Part shown: positions 12,534-27,900 of the stretch, piece after piece
How the letters are laid out: each line of letters starts with the position of its first letter
How positions within the stretch are numbered: the first letter of the stretch is position 1
Translations under genes and position numbers: made by a program
Source of the DNA: the human T2T-CHM13v2.0 reference genome, Homo sapiens
Assembly: GCF_009914755.1 (NCBI RefSeq)
Contig: NC_060926.1
Strand: one strand, 5' to 3'
DNA length: 64,000 nt
Notes under the pieces: model-generated
The model's database searches: none
Told to the model about the DNA's origin: nothing
What the model saw: the letters and a program-made list of their open reading frames with translations, nothing else

Positions 12534-12903
12534 TTTATTAGTCTGATCTCACACTGCTATAAAGAACTGCCCAAGACTGGGTAATTTATAAAGAAAGAAG
12601 GTTTAAATGACTCATAGTTCTGTGGGGCTGAGGAGGCCTCAAACAACTTACAATCAAAGTGGAAGGAAGTAAACACATCCTTCTTTACAGGATGGCAGGA
12701 AGGAGAAGTGCCAAGTAAATGGGGGAAAAGCTCCTTATAAAACCATCAGATCTGAAAACTCACTCACTGTCATGAAAACAGCATGGAGGTAACTCCCTCC
12801 ATGATTCAGTTACCTCCCACAGGGTCCCTTCTATGACATGTGGGGATTATGGGAGCTACAATTCAAGATGAGATTTGGGTGGGGACATGACCAAACCATA
12901 TCA
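12534..12903 (-). mobile_element. Complete THE1(C-like) LTR in inverted orientation
   Basis: tttattagtctgatctcacactgctataaagaactgcccaagactgggtaattt ... gagatttgggtggggacatgaccaaaccatatca. Confidence 0.93.
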
Positions 12904-15900
12904 CTGCACCTCAGGGATGATCCAAGACACCTCCTGGTACAGTGCTCACACCTCAGGGATGACCCAAGACATCTCCTAGTGTAGTGGTCCTACCTCAGGG
13001 ATGATTCAAGACACCTTGTGGTGCAGTGCTCACACTTCAGAAATGATCCAAGAAACCTCCTGGTGTAGTGATCCTACCTCAGGGATGATCCAAGACATCT
13101 CCTGGTGCAGTGCTCACACCTCAGGGATGATTGAAGACACCTCCTGGTGCAGTGCTCCCACCTCAGGGATGATCCAAGACACCTCCTTGTGCAGTGCTCA
13201 CAATTCAGGGCTGATCCAAGACACCTCCTGATACAGTGCTCACAACTCAGGCATAATCCAAGACACCCCCTGGCACAGTACTCCCTTCTTAGGGATGAGC
13301 CAAGACAACTGCTTGTGCAGTGCTCACACCTTAGGCAGAATCCAAGACACTTGCTGGTGCAGTGTTCTGACCTCAAGGATGATAAAATACACTTCCTGGT
13401 GCAGTGCTGACAATTCAGGCATCATCCAAGAGACCTTCTGGTGCGGTGCCTACATGTCAGGTTTGATCCAAACATCTCCTGGTGTAGTGCTCTGACCTCG
13501 GGGATGATACAAGATACCTCCTGGTGCAGTACTCACACCTCAGGAATGATCCAAGACAACTCCTGGTGCAGTGCTTCCACCTCAGGGATGATCCAAGACA
13601 CCTCGTGGTGTGGTACTCCCACCTCAAAGATGATCCAAGACTCCTCTTGGGGTAGTGCTCCCACCTAGGGATGATCCAAAACACCTCCTAGTGCAGTGCA
13701 TACATCTCAGGCATGATCAAAGACACCTCCTGGTGCAGTGCTCAAGCCTTAGGGATGATTCGTGATGCCTTTTGATGTAGTGTTCACACTTCAGGGATGA
13801 TCCAATACACCTTCTGGTGCAGTGCTCCCTCCACAGGGATGATACAGGACACCTCCTGGTACAATGGTCACACCTCAGAAGTTATTCAAGACAGCTCCTG
13901 GTGCAGTGCTCACACCTCAGAGATGAATCAAGACACCTGGTGCAGTGCTCACACCTCAGGGATGAATCAAGACACCTCCTGGTGTAGTGCTCACACCTCA
14001 GGGCTGATTCAAGACACCTGGTGCAGCACCTGCACCTCAGAAATGATTCAAGATACCTCCTGGTACAGTGCCTGCACCTCAGGGATGATCTGAGACATCT
14101 CCTGATGCAATGTTCACACCCCAAGGATGATCCAAGACACGTACTGGTGCAGTGCTCACACCTCAGCGATGATTCACAACACCTCCTGGTGCAGTGCTTA
14201 CACTTCAGCGACGATCCAAGACACCTCATGATGCAGTGCCTGCACCTCAGAAATGATCCAAGACACCTCCTGGTGTAGTGCTCCCTCCTCAGGGATGATC
14301 CAAGACACCCCTCGTGTAGCGCTCCCACCTAAAGGACGATCTGAGACATCTGCTGGTGCAGTGCTTGCATCTTAGCAATGATCCAAGACACCTTCTGGTG
14401 CAGTGCTCACAAGTCAGGTTGATCTAAGACACTTCCTTGTGCAGTGCTTCCACCTCAGCAATGATACAAGACACCTCCTGGTGCAGTGATCCCCCTTCAT
14501 GGATGATTGAGGACACATCCTGTTGCAGTGCTCACACCTCAGGGATGATCCAAGACACTTCCTGTTGCAGTGCTCACACCTCAGGGTAGATCCAAGATAC
14601 CTCCTGGTGCACTACACTCTCCTCAAAAATCATTCCAGATACCTCCTGGTGCAGTGCTCACACCTCAGCGATGATCCAAGAGATCTCCTGATGCAGTGCT
14701 CCCACATCAGGGATGATCCAAGACACCTTCTGGTGCACTGCCTCCATCCCAGGGTTGATCCAAGACACCTTCTGGTGCAGTGCTTATACCACAGGGATGA
14801 TCCAAGACACCTCCTGTTGCAACTGAGACATGATCCAAGATGCCTCCTGGTGCAGTGGTCACTTTTCAGCATGATTTAAGACACCTCCTGGTGTAGTGCT
14901 CAAACCTCAGAGATGATTTAAGACACGTCCTGGTGCAGTGCTCACAACTCAGACATGATCCAAGACACTTCCTGGTGAGGTGTTCACATCTCAGGGATGA
15001 TCCAAGATACCTCCTGGTGAGGTGCTCACACCTCAGGGATGAATCAAGACACCTCCTGGTTTAGTGCTCACAATTCAGGGATGATCCTAGACATCCTGGT
15101 GCAGTGCTCACACTGCAGGCATGACATAAGACACTTCTGGGTGCAATGTTCACACCTCAGGGATGATCCAAGACACCTCCTGGTGCAATGCTCACACCTC
15201 AGGGATGATCCAAAATACCTCCTGATGCAGTGCTCACAACTCAGACATGATTCAAAATATCTCCTGGTGCAGTGCTCACACTCAGGCATAATACAAGAAA
15301 CCTGGTGCGGTGCTGAGACCTTATGGATGACCCCAAACACCTCCTGGTGTAGTGCTCACACTCAGGGATGATCCAAGACAATTCCTGGTACAGTGCTCAC
15401 ACCTCAAGGGTGATCCAAAACACATCCTGATGCAGTGCCCACACAACTCAGGCATCATGCAAGGTACATCCTGGTGAGGTGCTCACACTCAGGCATGATC
15501 TAAGACACCTCCTGGTGCAGTGCTCACATCTCAAGCATTATCCAACACACTTCTTGGTGTAGTGCTCCCACCTTAGGGATGATGGAAAATACCTCCTTGT
15601 GCAGTTTTCACACTACAGGGATGATCCAAGACACCACCTCATGCAGTGCTCACACCTCAGGGATGCTCCAAAACACCTCTTGGTGCAGTGCTCACAACTC
15701 AGATATGATTTAAGACACCTCCTGGTGCAGTGATCACAACTCAGACATGATCCAAGATACCTCCTGGTGCAGTGCTCACACCTAGGGATGATCCAAAAAA
15801 ACCACGTGGTGCAGTGCTCACACTCAGGCATGATCCAAGACACCTCTTGGAACAGTGCTCTCAACTCAGGGATGATCCAAGAGACCTCCTGGTCCAGTGC

Positions 15901-18900
15901 TCACACCTTAGGGATGATCCAAAACATCTTCTAATGCAGTGCTCACATCTCTGGCATGACTTGAGATACCTCCTGGTGCAGTGGTCACACCTAGGAATGA
16001 GCCAAAAAGACACCTGGTGCAGCGTTTGCACTCAGGAATAATACAAGACAGTCCTTTGTGCAGTGCTTACACCTCAGGGATGATCCAAGACATCTCCTGG
16101 TGCAGTGCTCACACATCAGGGATGATCCAAGACACCCCCTGGTGCAGTGCTTGCACCTCAGGGATGATCCAAAACACCTCATGATGCAGTGCTCACAACT
16201 CAGGCATGATTCAAAATACCTCCTGGTGCAGTGCTCACACTCAGGCATGATCCAACACAATTCCTGGTGTAGTGCTCTCACCCCAGGGATGATTAAAAAC
16301 ACCTCTTTGTGTAATTCTCACACTACAGAGATGATCCAAGACACCACCTGGTGCAGTGCTCACACCTCAGGGATGTTCCAAAACACCCTCTGGTACAGTG
16401 GTCACAACTCAGGCATGATACAAAACACCTCCTAGTGCATGGGTCACACCTCAGACATGATATGACACTTCTGGGTGAAATGTTCACACCTCAGGTATGA
16501 TGATCCAAAGACCTCCTGGTGCAGTGCTCTTACCTCAGGGATGATTCAAGACACCTCCTGTCACAGTGTTCACCCCTCAGGGATGATTCAAGACACCCCT
16601 GGTACAGTGATCACACCTCAGAGATGATCCAAAACATCTCCTGATGCAGTGCTCACAACTCTGGCATGATGATGGTGCAGTGGTCACAGCTAGGAATCAT
16701 CCAAAAAACCACCTGGTGCAGTGTTCACACTCAGGCATAATACAAAACACTTCCTGGTGCAGTGCTCACACCTCAGGGATTATCCAAAACACATCCTGGT
16801 GCAGTGCCCACAAAACTCAGGCATGATCCAAGGTACATCCTGGTGAGGTGCTCACACTCAGGCATAATCTAAGACACCTCCTGGTGCAGTGCTCACACCT
16901 CAGGTATGTTCCAAAACATATCCTGGTGGAGTGGTCACAACTCAGGCATGATCCAAGACACCTCTTGGTGCAGTGCTTACACCTCAGGGATGCTCCAAAA
17001 CACCTCTTGGTGCAGTGATCACAACTCAGATATGATTTAAGACATGTCCTGGTGCAGTGATCACAACTCAGACATGATCAAAGGTACTTCCTGATGCAGT
17101 ACTCACACCTAGGGGTGATACAAAAAACCCACCTGGTACAGTGCTCACACTCAGGCATGATCCAAGACACCTCCTGGTCCAGTGGTCACACCTCAGGGAT
17201 GATCCAAAACATCTCCTGATGCAGTGCTCACAACTCTGGCATGATCCGAGATACCTCCTGGTGCAGCGGTCACACCTAGGAATTATCCAAAAAACTACCT
17301 GGTGAAGTATTCACACTCAGTCATAATACAAGACACTTCCTGGTGCACTGCTCACACCTCAGAGATGATTCAAAGCACCTGGTGGTGTAGTGCTGCACTC
17401 CAAGGGATGATCCAAGACACCTGTTACAGTACTCCCTCCTCAGGGATGAGTTAAGACACTTGCTGGTCAGGCACCATCAGGCACGATCCAAGACACTTGT
17501 GATGCAGTGCTCCGACCTCAGGAATAATGCAGAACAACTCCTGGTGCAGTGTACACACCTCAGGAATGACGCAAGACACCTCCTGGTGCAATGCTTACAC
17601 ATCAGGGATGATAAAAGACACTTCCTGATGCAGTGCTCAAACCTCAGGCATAATCCAAGAGACCTCCTGGTGCAGTGCCTGCACCTTAGGGATGATCAAA
17701 AACACCTCCTGGTGCAGTGCTGACACCTCAGGCATGATTTTAGACACTTCCTGGTGCAGTGTTCACACCTGAGGGATGATCCAATACACCTTCTGGTGCA
17801 GTGCTGCCACCTCAGGGATGATTCAAGAGACCTCCTTGTGCAGCGTCTGCACCTCAGATTTGATCCAAGACACCTCATGGTGTGTGATCCCATCTCAGGG
17901 ATGATACAAGAGACCTCCTGGTACATGGGTCACACCTCAGGCATGATAAGACACTTCCGGGTGCAAAGTTCACACCTCAGGGATGATCCAAGACACCACT
18001 TGGTGTAGTGGTCTTTCCTCTGATGATTCAAGACATCTCCTGTAACAATCCTTACACCTCAGGAATGATTCAAGACACTCCCTGAGACAGTGATCCTACT
18101 TCAGGAATGATCCAAGACACCCCCAAGTGCAATGCTCACACTCAGGCATAATACAATCAGGCATAATACAAGACACCTTTTGGTGCAGTGCTCACACCTC
18201 AAGGATGACCCAAGACACCTCCTGGAGTAGTGTTCCCCCCACTCCAGGGATGATCCAAGACCCCTTTGGTGCAGTGCTCTTACCTTAGGGTTGATTCAAG
18301 ATACCTCCTGGTGAAGTGCTCCTACCTCTGGAAAGATCCAAGACACCTGCTGGTGTAGTGCTCCTACCTCAGGGATGATGCAACATGCAAGCCACTTCCT
18401 GGTGCAGTGCTCCCACCTCAGGGATGCTCCATGACACCTCCTGGTGCACTTCTCACAATTCAGGGATGATCCTAGACACCTCCTGGTACAGTGCTCACAC
18501 CTCAGGTGTGACACAAGACACCTCCTCGTGCAGTACTCCCTGCTCAGGGATGAGCCAAGACACCTGCTGGTGCAGTGCTCACACGTCAGGCATGATCCAA
18601 GGCACTTGCAGGTGCAATGCTCCACCTAAGTGATGATCCAATACACCTCCTGGTGCAGTGCTCCCAACTCAGGGATGATAAAAGACACTTCCTGGTGCAG
18701 TGCTCAAACCTCAGGGATAATCCTACAGACCTCCTGGTGCAGTGTCTGCACCTCAGGGATGATCCAAGACACCTCCTGGTGTAGTGTTTCCACCTCAGAG
18801 ATTATTTAAGGCACTTCTTGCTGCAGTGGTTAAAACTCAGTTATCATCCAAGATACCTCCTGGTGCAGTGCTCCCTCCTCAGGATTATCCAAAAAACCTC

Positions 18901-21900
18901 TTGGTGCAGTAGTCCCTTCTGGGGGATGAATGAAGACACCTCCCTGTGCAGTGCTCCCACCTCAGAGATTACTTAAGACACCTCCTTGTGCAGTGCTCAC
19001 ACTTCAGGGATGATAAAAGACACTTCCTGGTGCAGTGCTCAAACCTTAGGCATAATCCAAGAGACCTACTGGTACAGTGCCTGCACCTCAGGGATGATAC
19101 AAAACACCTCCTGGTGCATGAATCACACCTCAGGCATGACATAAGCCACTTCTGGGTGAAATGTTCACACGTCAGGTATGATGATCCTGGTGAGGTGCTC
19201 ACACCTCCTGGATGATCCAAGACACGTCTTGGTACAGTGCTCACACCTCAGGGATGATTCAAGGCACCTCTTGTTACAGCGATCACACCTCAGACGTGAT
19301 CCAAGACATATCTTGGTGTAGTGCTCTTTCCTCTGATGATTGAAGACACCTCCTGCTGCAGTGCTCACATCTCAGGGAGGATCCAAGACACCTCCTGTTA
19401 CTGTGCTCACACCTCAGGGATGATTCAAGACACTTCCTAGTGCAGTGATCCTACCTCAGGGATGATCCAAGACACCTCCTGGTGCAATGCTCACACCTCT
19501 GAGATGATCCAAGATACCTGCTTGTACAGTGCTCAACTTTCAGGGATGATCCAAGACACCTTCTGGTGCAGTGCTCACACCTCTGAGATGATCCAAGATA
19601 CCTGCTGATACAGTGCTCAACCTGCAGGAATGATCCAAGACACCTCTTGGTGTGTGCTCACACCTCAAAGATGACCCAAGACACCTCCTGGAGTTGTACT
19701 CTCTCCCCAGAGGTGATCCAAGACATTTCCCGGTGCAGTGCTCCCACCTCAGGGATGATGGAAAACACCTCATTGTGCAGTTCTCACACCACAGCGATGA
19801 TCCAAGACACTTCCTGCTGCAGTGGTCACACCTCAGCGATGATCCAAGACACCATCTGGTGCAGTGATCACAACTCAGATATTATTTAAGACACCTCCTG
19901 GTGAGTGATCACAACTCAGACATGATCAGCGATACTTCCTGGTGCAGTGCTCACACCTAGGTATGATCCAAAAAACCACCTGATGCAGGCTCACAACTCA
20001 GGGATGATCCAGGTGACCTCCTGGTCCAGTGCTCACACCTCAGGGATGATCCAAAACACTTCCTGGTCCAGTGCTCACAACTTAGTCATGATTGAATATA
20101 CCTCCTGGTGCAGTGCTCACACTCAGCCATAATACAACAAGCCTCCTGGTGTGGTGCTCACACCTTATGGATGACCCCAAACACCTCCTGGTGCAGTGCT
20201 CACACTCAGGGATGATCCCAGACATTTCCTGGTGCAGTGTTCACACCTCAGGGATGTTCCAAAACACCTCCTGGTGCAGTGCTCACACCTCAAGGATGCT
20301 CCAAAACACCTCTTCGTGCAGTGCTCACAACTCAGACATGATTTAAGGCACCTCCTGGCGCAGTGATCACAACTCAGACATGATCCAAGATACTTCCTGG
20401 TGCAGTGCTCACACCTACGGATGATCCAAAAAAACCATGTGGTGCAGTGCTCACACTCAGGCATGATCCAAGACACCTCCTGGTCCAAAGCTCACACCTC
20501 AGGGATAATCCAAAACATCTCCTGATGCAGTGCTTACAACTCTGGCATGATCCGTGATACCTCCTGGTGTGGTGGTCACACCTAGGAATGATCCCAAAAA
20601 CCACTTGGTGTAGTGTTCACACTCAGTCATAATACAAGACACTTCCTGGTGCAGTGCACACACGTCAGGGATGATCCAAAGCACCTCCTGGTGTAGTGCT
20701 CAACCCACAGGGATGATCCAAGACACCTCTTGGTGCAGTGCTTCCACCTCAGGGATGATTCAAGACACCTCCTGGTGCATGCTCACACTTCAGGCATAAT
20801 CCAAGATACCCCTGTTATAGTACTCCCTCCTCAGGGATGAGTTAAGACACTTGCTGGTCACACATGATCAGGCACAATCCAAGACATTGCGATGCAGTGC
20901 TCTGACCTTAGGAATAATGCAAGACACCTCCTGGTGCAGTGCTGATACCTCAGGCATGATTTAAGGCATTTCCTTGTGCAGTGTTCACACCTGAGGGATG
21001 ATCCAAGACACCCTCTGATGTAGTGCTGCCACCTCAGGGATGATTCAAGAGACCTCCTTGTGTAGTGCCTGCACCACGGGTTTGATCCAAGACACCTCAT
21101 GGTGCAGTGATCCCACCTTAGCATCAATACAAGAGATCTCCTGGTGCATGGGTCACACCTCAGGCATGATAAGACTTGCAGGGGCAATGTTCACATCTCA
21201 GGGATGATCCAAGACACCTCTTGGTGCAGTGCTCTTTCTTCTGATGATTCAAGATGCCTGCTGGTGCAGGACTCACACCTCATGGAGAATCCAAGACACC
21301 TTCTGTTACAGTGCTCACACCTCAGGGATGATTCAAGGCACTTCCGGATGCAGTGATCCTACCTCAGGAATGATCCAAGACACCTCCTGGTGCAATGCTC
21401 ACACCTCTGAGATGATCCAAGATACCTGCTGGTACAGTGCTCAACCTTCAGGAATGATCCAAGACAACCCCTGGTGCAGTGCTCACACTCAGGCATCATA
21501 CAAGATGCTTCTTTGTGCAGTGCTCACACCTCAAGGATGACCCAAGACACCTCCTGAAGTAGTGCTCCCTCCCCAGGGATGATCCAAGACCCCTTTGGTG
21601 TGGTGCTCTTTCCTTAGGGGTGATTCAAGATACCTCCTGGTAAAGTGTTCCCACCTCAGGAAAGATCCAAGACACTTGCTGGTGTAGTGCTCCTACCTTA
21701 GGCATGATGCAACATGCAAGACACTTTCTGGTGCAGTGCTCCCACCTCAGGGATGCTCCAAGACACTTCCTGGTGCAATGCTCGCAACTCAGGGATGATC
21801 CATGAGACCTCCTGGTCCAGTGCTCACACCTCAGTGAAGATCCAAAACACTTCCTGATGCAATGCTCACAACTCAGGCATGATTCAAAATACCTCCTGCT

Positions 21901-24900
21901 GCAGTGCTCACACTCAGGCATAATATAACAAACCTCCTGGTGTGGTGCTCACACCTTATAAATGACCCCAAACACCTGGTGCAGTGCTCACTCTCAGGGA
22001 TGAACCAAGACAATTCCTGGTGCAGTGCTCACACCTCAAGGGTGATCCAAAACACATCCTAATGCAGTGCCCACAGAACTAAGACATGATCCAAGGTACA
22101 TCCTCGTGAGGTACTCACACTCATACACCTCCTGTTGCAGTGCTCACACCTCAGGGATGCTCCAAAACACCTCTTGGTGCAGTGGTCACAACTCAGGCAT
22201 GATCCAAGACATCTCCTGGTGCAGTGCTCACACCTCAGGGATGCTCCAAGACACCTCTTGGTGCAGTGATCACAACTCAGATGTGATTTAAGACATCCCT
22301 TGGTGCAGTGATCACACTCAGACATGATCCAAGATACCTCCTGGTGCAGTGGTCACACCTAAGGATGATCCTAAAAAACCACCTGGTACAGTGCTCACAC
22401 TCAGGCATGAGCCACGACACCTTCTAATCCAGTGCTCACACCTCAGGGATGATCCAAAACATCTCCTGATGCAGTGCTCACAACTCTGGCATGATCCGAG
22501 ATACCTACTGGTGCAGTGGTCTCACCTAGGAATGATCCAAAAAACACCTAGTGCAGTGTTCACACTCAGGCATAATACAAGACACTTCCTGGTGCAGTGC
22601 TCACACCTCGGGGATGATCCAAACCACCTCCTGGTGTAGTGCTCAACCCACAGGGATGATCCAAGACACCTCCTGGTGCAGTGCTACCACCTCAGGGATG
22701 ATTCAAGATACCTCCTGGTGCAGTACTCACACTTCAGGCATGATCTAAGATACCCCCTGTTACAGTACTCCCTCCTCAGGAATGAGTTAAGAAACTTGCT
22801 TGTCAGTCATGATCAGGCATGATCCAAGACACTTGTGATGCAGTGCTCTGACCTCAGGAATAATGCAAAACAACTCCTGGTGCAGTGCACACACCTCAGG
22901 GATGACCCAAGACATGTCCTGGTGCAGTGCTCACACTTTAGGGATGATAAGACACTTCCTGGTGCAGTGTTCAAACCTCAGGCATAATCCAAAAGACCTC
23001 CTGGTGCAGTGCTTGCACCTTAGGGATGATAAAAAAACACCTCCTGGTGCAGTGTTGACACCTCAGGCACGATTGAAGACACTTCCTGGTGCAGTGTTCA
23101 CACCTGAGGGATGATCCAAGACACCTTCTGATGTAGTGCTGCCACTTCAGGGATGATCCAAGAGACCTCCTTGTGCAGTGCCTGCACCTCAGGTTTGATC
23201 CAAGACACCTCATCGTGTAGTGATCTGATCACAGAGACGATACAAGAGACCTCCTGGTGCATGGGTCACACCTCAGGCATGATAAGACACTTCTGGGTAC
23301 AATGTTCACACCTCAGGGATGATCCAAGACACCTCTTGGTGTAGTACTCTTTCCTCTGATGATTCAAGACACCTGCTGGTGCAGTGCTCACATCCCAGGG
23401 AGGATCCAAGACACCTCCTGCTACAGTGTTCACACCTCAGGGATGATTCAAGACACTTCCTTATGCAGTTATCCTACCTCAGGAATGATTCAAGGCACCT
23501 CCTGGTGCAATGCTCACACCTTTGAGATGATTCAAGACACCTGCTGGTAGAGTGTTCAACCTTCAGGAATGATCCAAGACAACAACTGGTGCAGTGCTCA
23601 CACTCAGGCATAATACAAGACACCTCTTGGTGCAGTGCTCACACCTCAAGGATGACTCAAGACACCTCCTGGAGTAGTCCTCCTTCCCCAGGGATAATCC
23701 AAGACCCCTTTGGTGCAGTGCTCTTACCTTAGGGATGATTCAAGATACCTCCTGGTGAAGTGCTGCCACCTCAGGGAAGATTCAAGGCACCTGCTGTTGT
23801 AGTGCTCCTACCTCAGGGATGATGCAACATGCAAGACACTTCCTGGTGCAGTGCTCCCGCCTCAGGGATGCTCTAAGACATCTCCTGGTGTAGTGCTCAC
23901 AATTCAGGGATGATCCTAGACACCTCCTGGTCCAGTGCTCACACCTCAGGTGTGATGCAAGACACCTCCTCTTGCAGTACTCCCTCCTCAGGAATTAGCC
24001 AAGACACCTGCTGGTGCAGTGCTCACACGTCAGGCATGATTCAAGACACTTGCAGGTGCAGTGCTCCCACCTAAGTGATGATCCAAGACACCTCCTGGTG
24101 CAGTGCTCCCAACTTAGGGACGATAAAAGACACTTCCTGGTGCAGTGCTCAAACCTCAGGCATAATCCTACAGATCTCCTGGTGCAGTGTCTGCACCTCA
24201 GGGATGATCCAAGACACCTTCTGGTGTAGTGCTCCCACCTCAGAGATTACTTAAGACACCTCCTGATGCAGTGGTTACAACTTAGTTAACATCCAAGATA
24301 CCTCCTGGTGTAGTACTCCCTCTTCAGGGTTATCCAAAAAACTTCCTGGTGCAGTAGTCCCTTCTTGGGGTTTAATGAAGACACCTCCCTGTGCAGTGCT
24401 CCCACCTCAGAGATTATTTCAGACACCTCCTGGTGCAGTGCTCACATCTCAGGGATGATAAAAGACACTTCCTGGAGCAGTGCTCAAACCTCTGGCATAA
24501 TCCAAGAGACCTACTGGTGCAGTGCCTGCACCTCAGAGATGATACAAAACACCACCTGGTACATGGGGCACACCTCAGACATGATATAAGATACTTCTGG
24601 GTGAAATGTTCACACATCAGGTATGATCCAAAGACCTCCTGGTGAAGTGCTCACACCTCCGGGATGATCAAAGACCTGTCTTGATACAGTGCTTACACCT
24701 CAGGCATGATCCAAGACATCTCTTGGTGTAGTACTGTTTCCTCTGATGATTCAGGACACCTCCTGGTACAGTGCTCACATCTCAGGGAGGATCCAAGACA
24801 CCTCCTATTACAGTGCTCACACCTCAGAGATGATTCAAGACACTTCCCGGTGCAGTGATCCTACCTCAGGGATAATCCAAGACACTTCCTGGTGCAATGC

Positions 24901-27900
24901 TCACACCTCAAAAATGACCCAAGACACTGCCTGAAGTAGTGCTCTCTCCCCAGGGAGATCCAAGACATCTGGTGCAGGGCTCCCATGTCAGGGATGATTG
25001 AAAACACCTCCTTGTGCAGTTCTCACATTACAGGGATGATCCAAGACACCTCCTGCTGCAGTGATCACACCTCAGTGATGATCCAAGGCAGTGCTCACAC
25101 CTCAGGTATGTTACAAAACACCTGGTGCAGTGTTCCCAACTCAGGCGTGATCAAAGACACCTCCTGGTGCAGTGCTCACACCTCAGGGATGCTCCAAAAT
25201 GCCTCTTGGTGTAGTGCTCACAACATAGATATGATTTAAGACTCCTCCTGGTGTAGCGATCACAACTCAGACATGATCCAAGATACTTCCTGGTGCAGTG
25301 CTCACACCTAGGGATGATAAAAAAAAACCACCTGCTGCAGTGCTCACACTCAGGCATGATCCAAGACACATCTTGGTGCAGTGCTTGCAACTCAGGGATA
25401 ATCCAGCAGACCTCCTGGTCCAGTGCTCATGCCTCAGGGATGATCCAAAACACCTCCTGATGCAGTGCTCACAACTCAGGCATGATTCAAAATACCTTCT
25501 GGTGCAGTGCTCCCACTCAAGCATAAGACAAGAAACCTCCTGGTGTGGTGCTCACACCTTATAGATGACCTGAAACACCTCCTGGTGCAGTGCTCACACC
25601 CAGGAATGATCCAAGACAATTCCTGGTGCAGTGCTCACACCTCAAGGGTGATCCAAAACACGTCCTGATGCAGTGCTCACAACTCAGGCATGATCCAAGG
25701 TACATCCTGGTGAGGTGCTCACACTCACACATGATCTAAGACACCTCCTGGTGCAGTGCTCACACCTCGGGGATGTTCCAAAACACTTCCTGGTGCGGTG
25801 GTCATAACTCAGGCATGATCCAAGAAACTTCCTGGTGCAGTGCTCACACCTCAGGGATGCTCCAAAACACCTCTTGGTACAGTGGTCACAACTCAGATAT
25901 GATTTAAGACAACCCTTGGTGCAGTGGTCACACTCAGACGTGATCCAAGATACTTCCTGGTGCAGTGCTCACACCTAGGGATGATATAAAAAAACCACCT
26001 GGTACAGTGCTTACACTCAGGCGTTATCCAAGACCCCTTCTAGTCCAGTGCTCAAACCTCAGGGATGATCCGAAACATCTCCTGATGCAGTGCTCACAAC
26101 TCTGGCATGATCTGAGATACCTCCTGGTGCAGTGCTCATACCTAGGAATGATCCAAAAAACCACCTGGTGCAGTGTTCACACTCGGGCATAATACAAGAC
26201 TCTTCCTTGTGCACCTTGGGGGTGATCCAAACCACCTCCTGGTGTAGTGCTCAACCCACAGGGATAATCCAAGACACCTCCTGATGCAGTGCTCCCACCT
26301 CAGGGATGATCCAAGATACTCCCTTTTACAATACTCCCTCCTCAGGGATGAGTTAAGACACTTCCTGGCCAGGCACAATCAAGCACGATCCAAGACACTT
26401 GCGATGCAGTGCTTTGACCTCAGGAATAATGCAAGACAACTCCTGGTGCAGTGCATACACCTCAGGGATGTCCGAAGACACGTCCTGGTGCGGTGCTCAC
26501 ACTTCGGCGATGATAAAAGACACTTCCTGGTGCAGTGCTCAAACCTCAGGCATAATCCAAGAGATCTCCTGGTGCAGTGCCTGCACCTTAGGAATGATCA
26601 AAAACACCTCCTGGTGCAGTGCTGACACCTCAGGCATGATTTTAAACACTTCCTGGTGCAGTGTTCACACCTGAGCGATGATCCAAGACACCTCCTGGTG
26701 CAGTGCTCCCACCTCAGGGAACGATCCAAGAGATCTCCTGGTGCTGTGCCTGATTCAAGACACCTCATGGTGTGGTGATCCCACCTCAGAGACGATACAA
26801 GAGACCTCCTGGTACATGGGTCACACCTCAGGCATGATAAGACACTTCCAGGTGCAATGTTCACACCTCAGGGATGATCCGAGACACCTCTTGGTATAGG
26901 GCTCTTTCCTCTGATGATTCAAGACACCTCCTGGTGCAGTGTTCACACCTCAGGGAGGATCCAAGACACCTCTTGATGTAGTGCTTTTTCCTCTGATGAT
27001 TCAAGTCACCTGCTGGTGCAGTGCTCACATATCAGGGAGGATCCAAGACACCTCCTGTTACAGTGCTCACACCTAAGGGATGATTCAAGACACTTCCTGA
27101 TGAGTGATCCCACCTCAGCAATTATCCAAGATACCTCCTGGTGCAATGCTCACACCTCTGAGATGATCCAAGATACCTGCTGGTACAGTGCTCAACCTTC
27201 AGGAATGATCCAAGACACCTCCAAGTGCAGTGCTCACACTCAGGCATAATACAAGATGCCTCTTGGTTCACTGCTAACATCTCAGGGATGACCCACGATG
27301 CCTCCTGGAGTAGTACTCCCCCCCCAAGGGATGAACCAAGACCCCTTTGGTGCACTGCTCTTACCTTAGGGATGAATCAAGATACCTCCTGGTGAAGTGC
27401 TCCCACCTCAGGAAAGATCTAAGACACCTGCTGGTGTAGTGTTCCTACCTCAGGGATGATGCAACATGCAAGACACTTCCTGGTGAAATGCTCCCGCCTC
27501 AGGGATGCTCTAAGACACCTCCTGGTGTAGTGCTCACAATTCAGGGATGATCCTAGACACCTCCTGGTGCAGCACTCACACCTCAAGTGTGATGCAAGAC
27601 ACCTCCTTGTGCAGTACTCCCTCCTCAGGGATGAGCTAATACACCTGCTAGTGCAGTGCTCACATGTCAGGCATAATACAAGACACCTTTTGGTGCCGTG
27701 CTCACACCTCAAGGATGACCGAAGACACCTCCTGGAGTAGTGCTGTCTCCCCAGGGATGATTCAAGACATCTCCTGCCACCTCAGGGATGAGTTAAGACC
27801 CCTTTGGTGCAGTGCTCTTACCTTAGGGATGATTGAAGACACCTCCTGGCGAAGTGCCCACACCTCAGGAATGATCCAAGATACCTCCTGGTGTTGTGCT

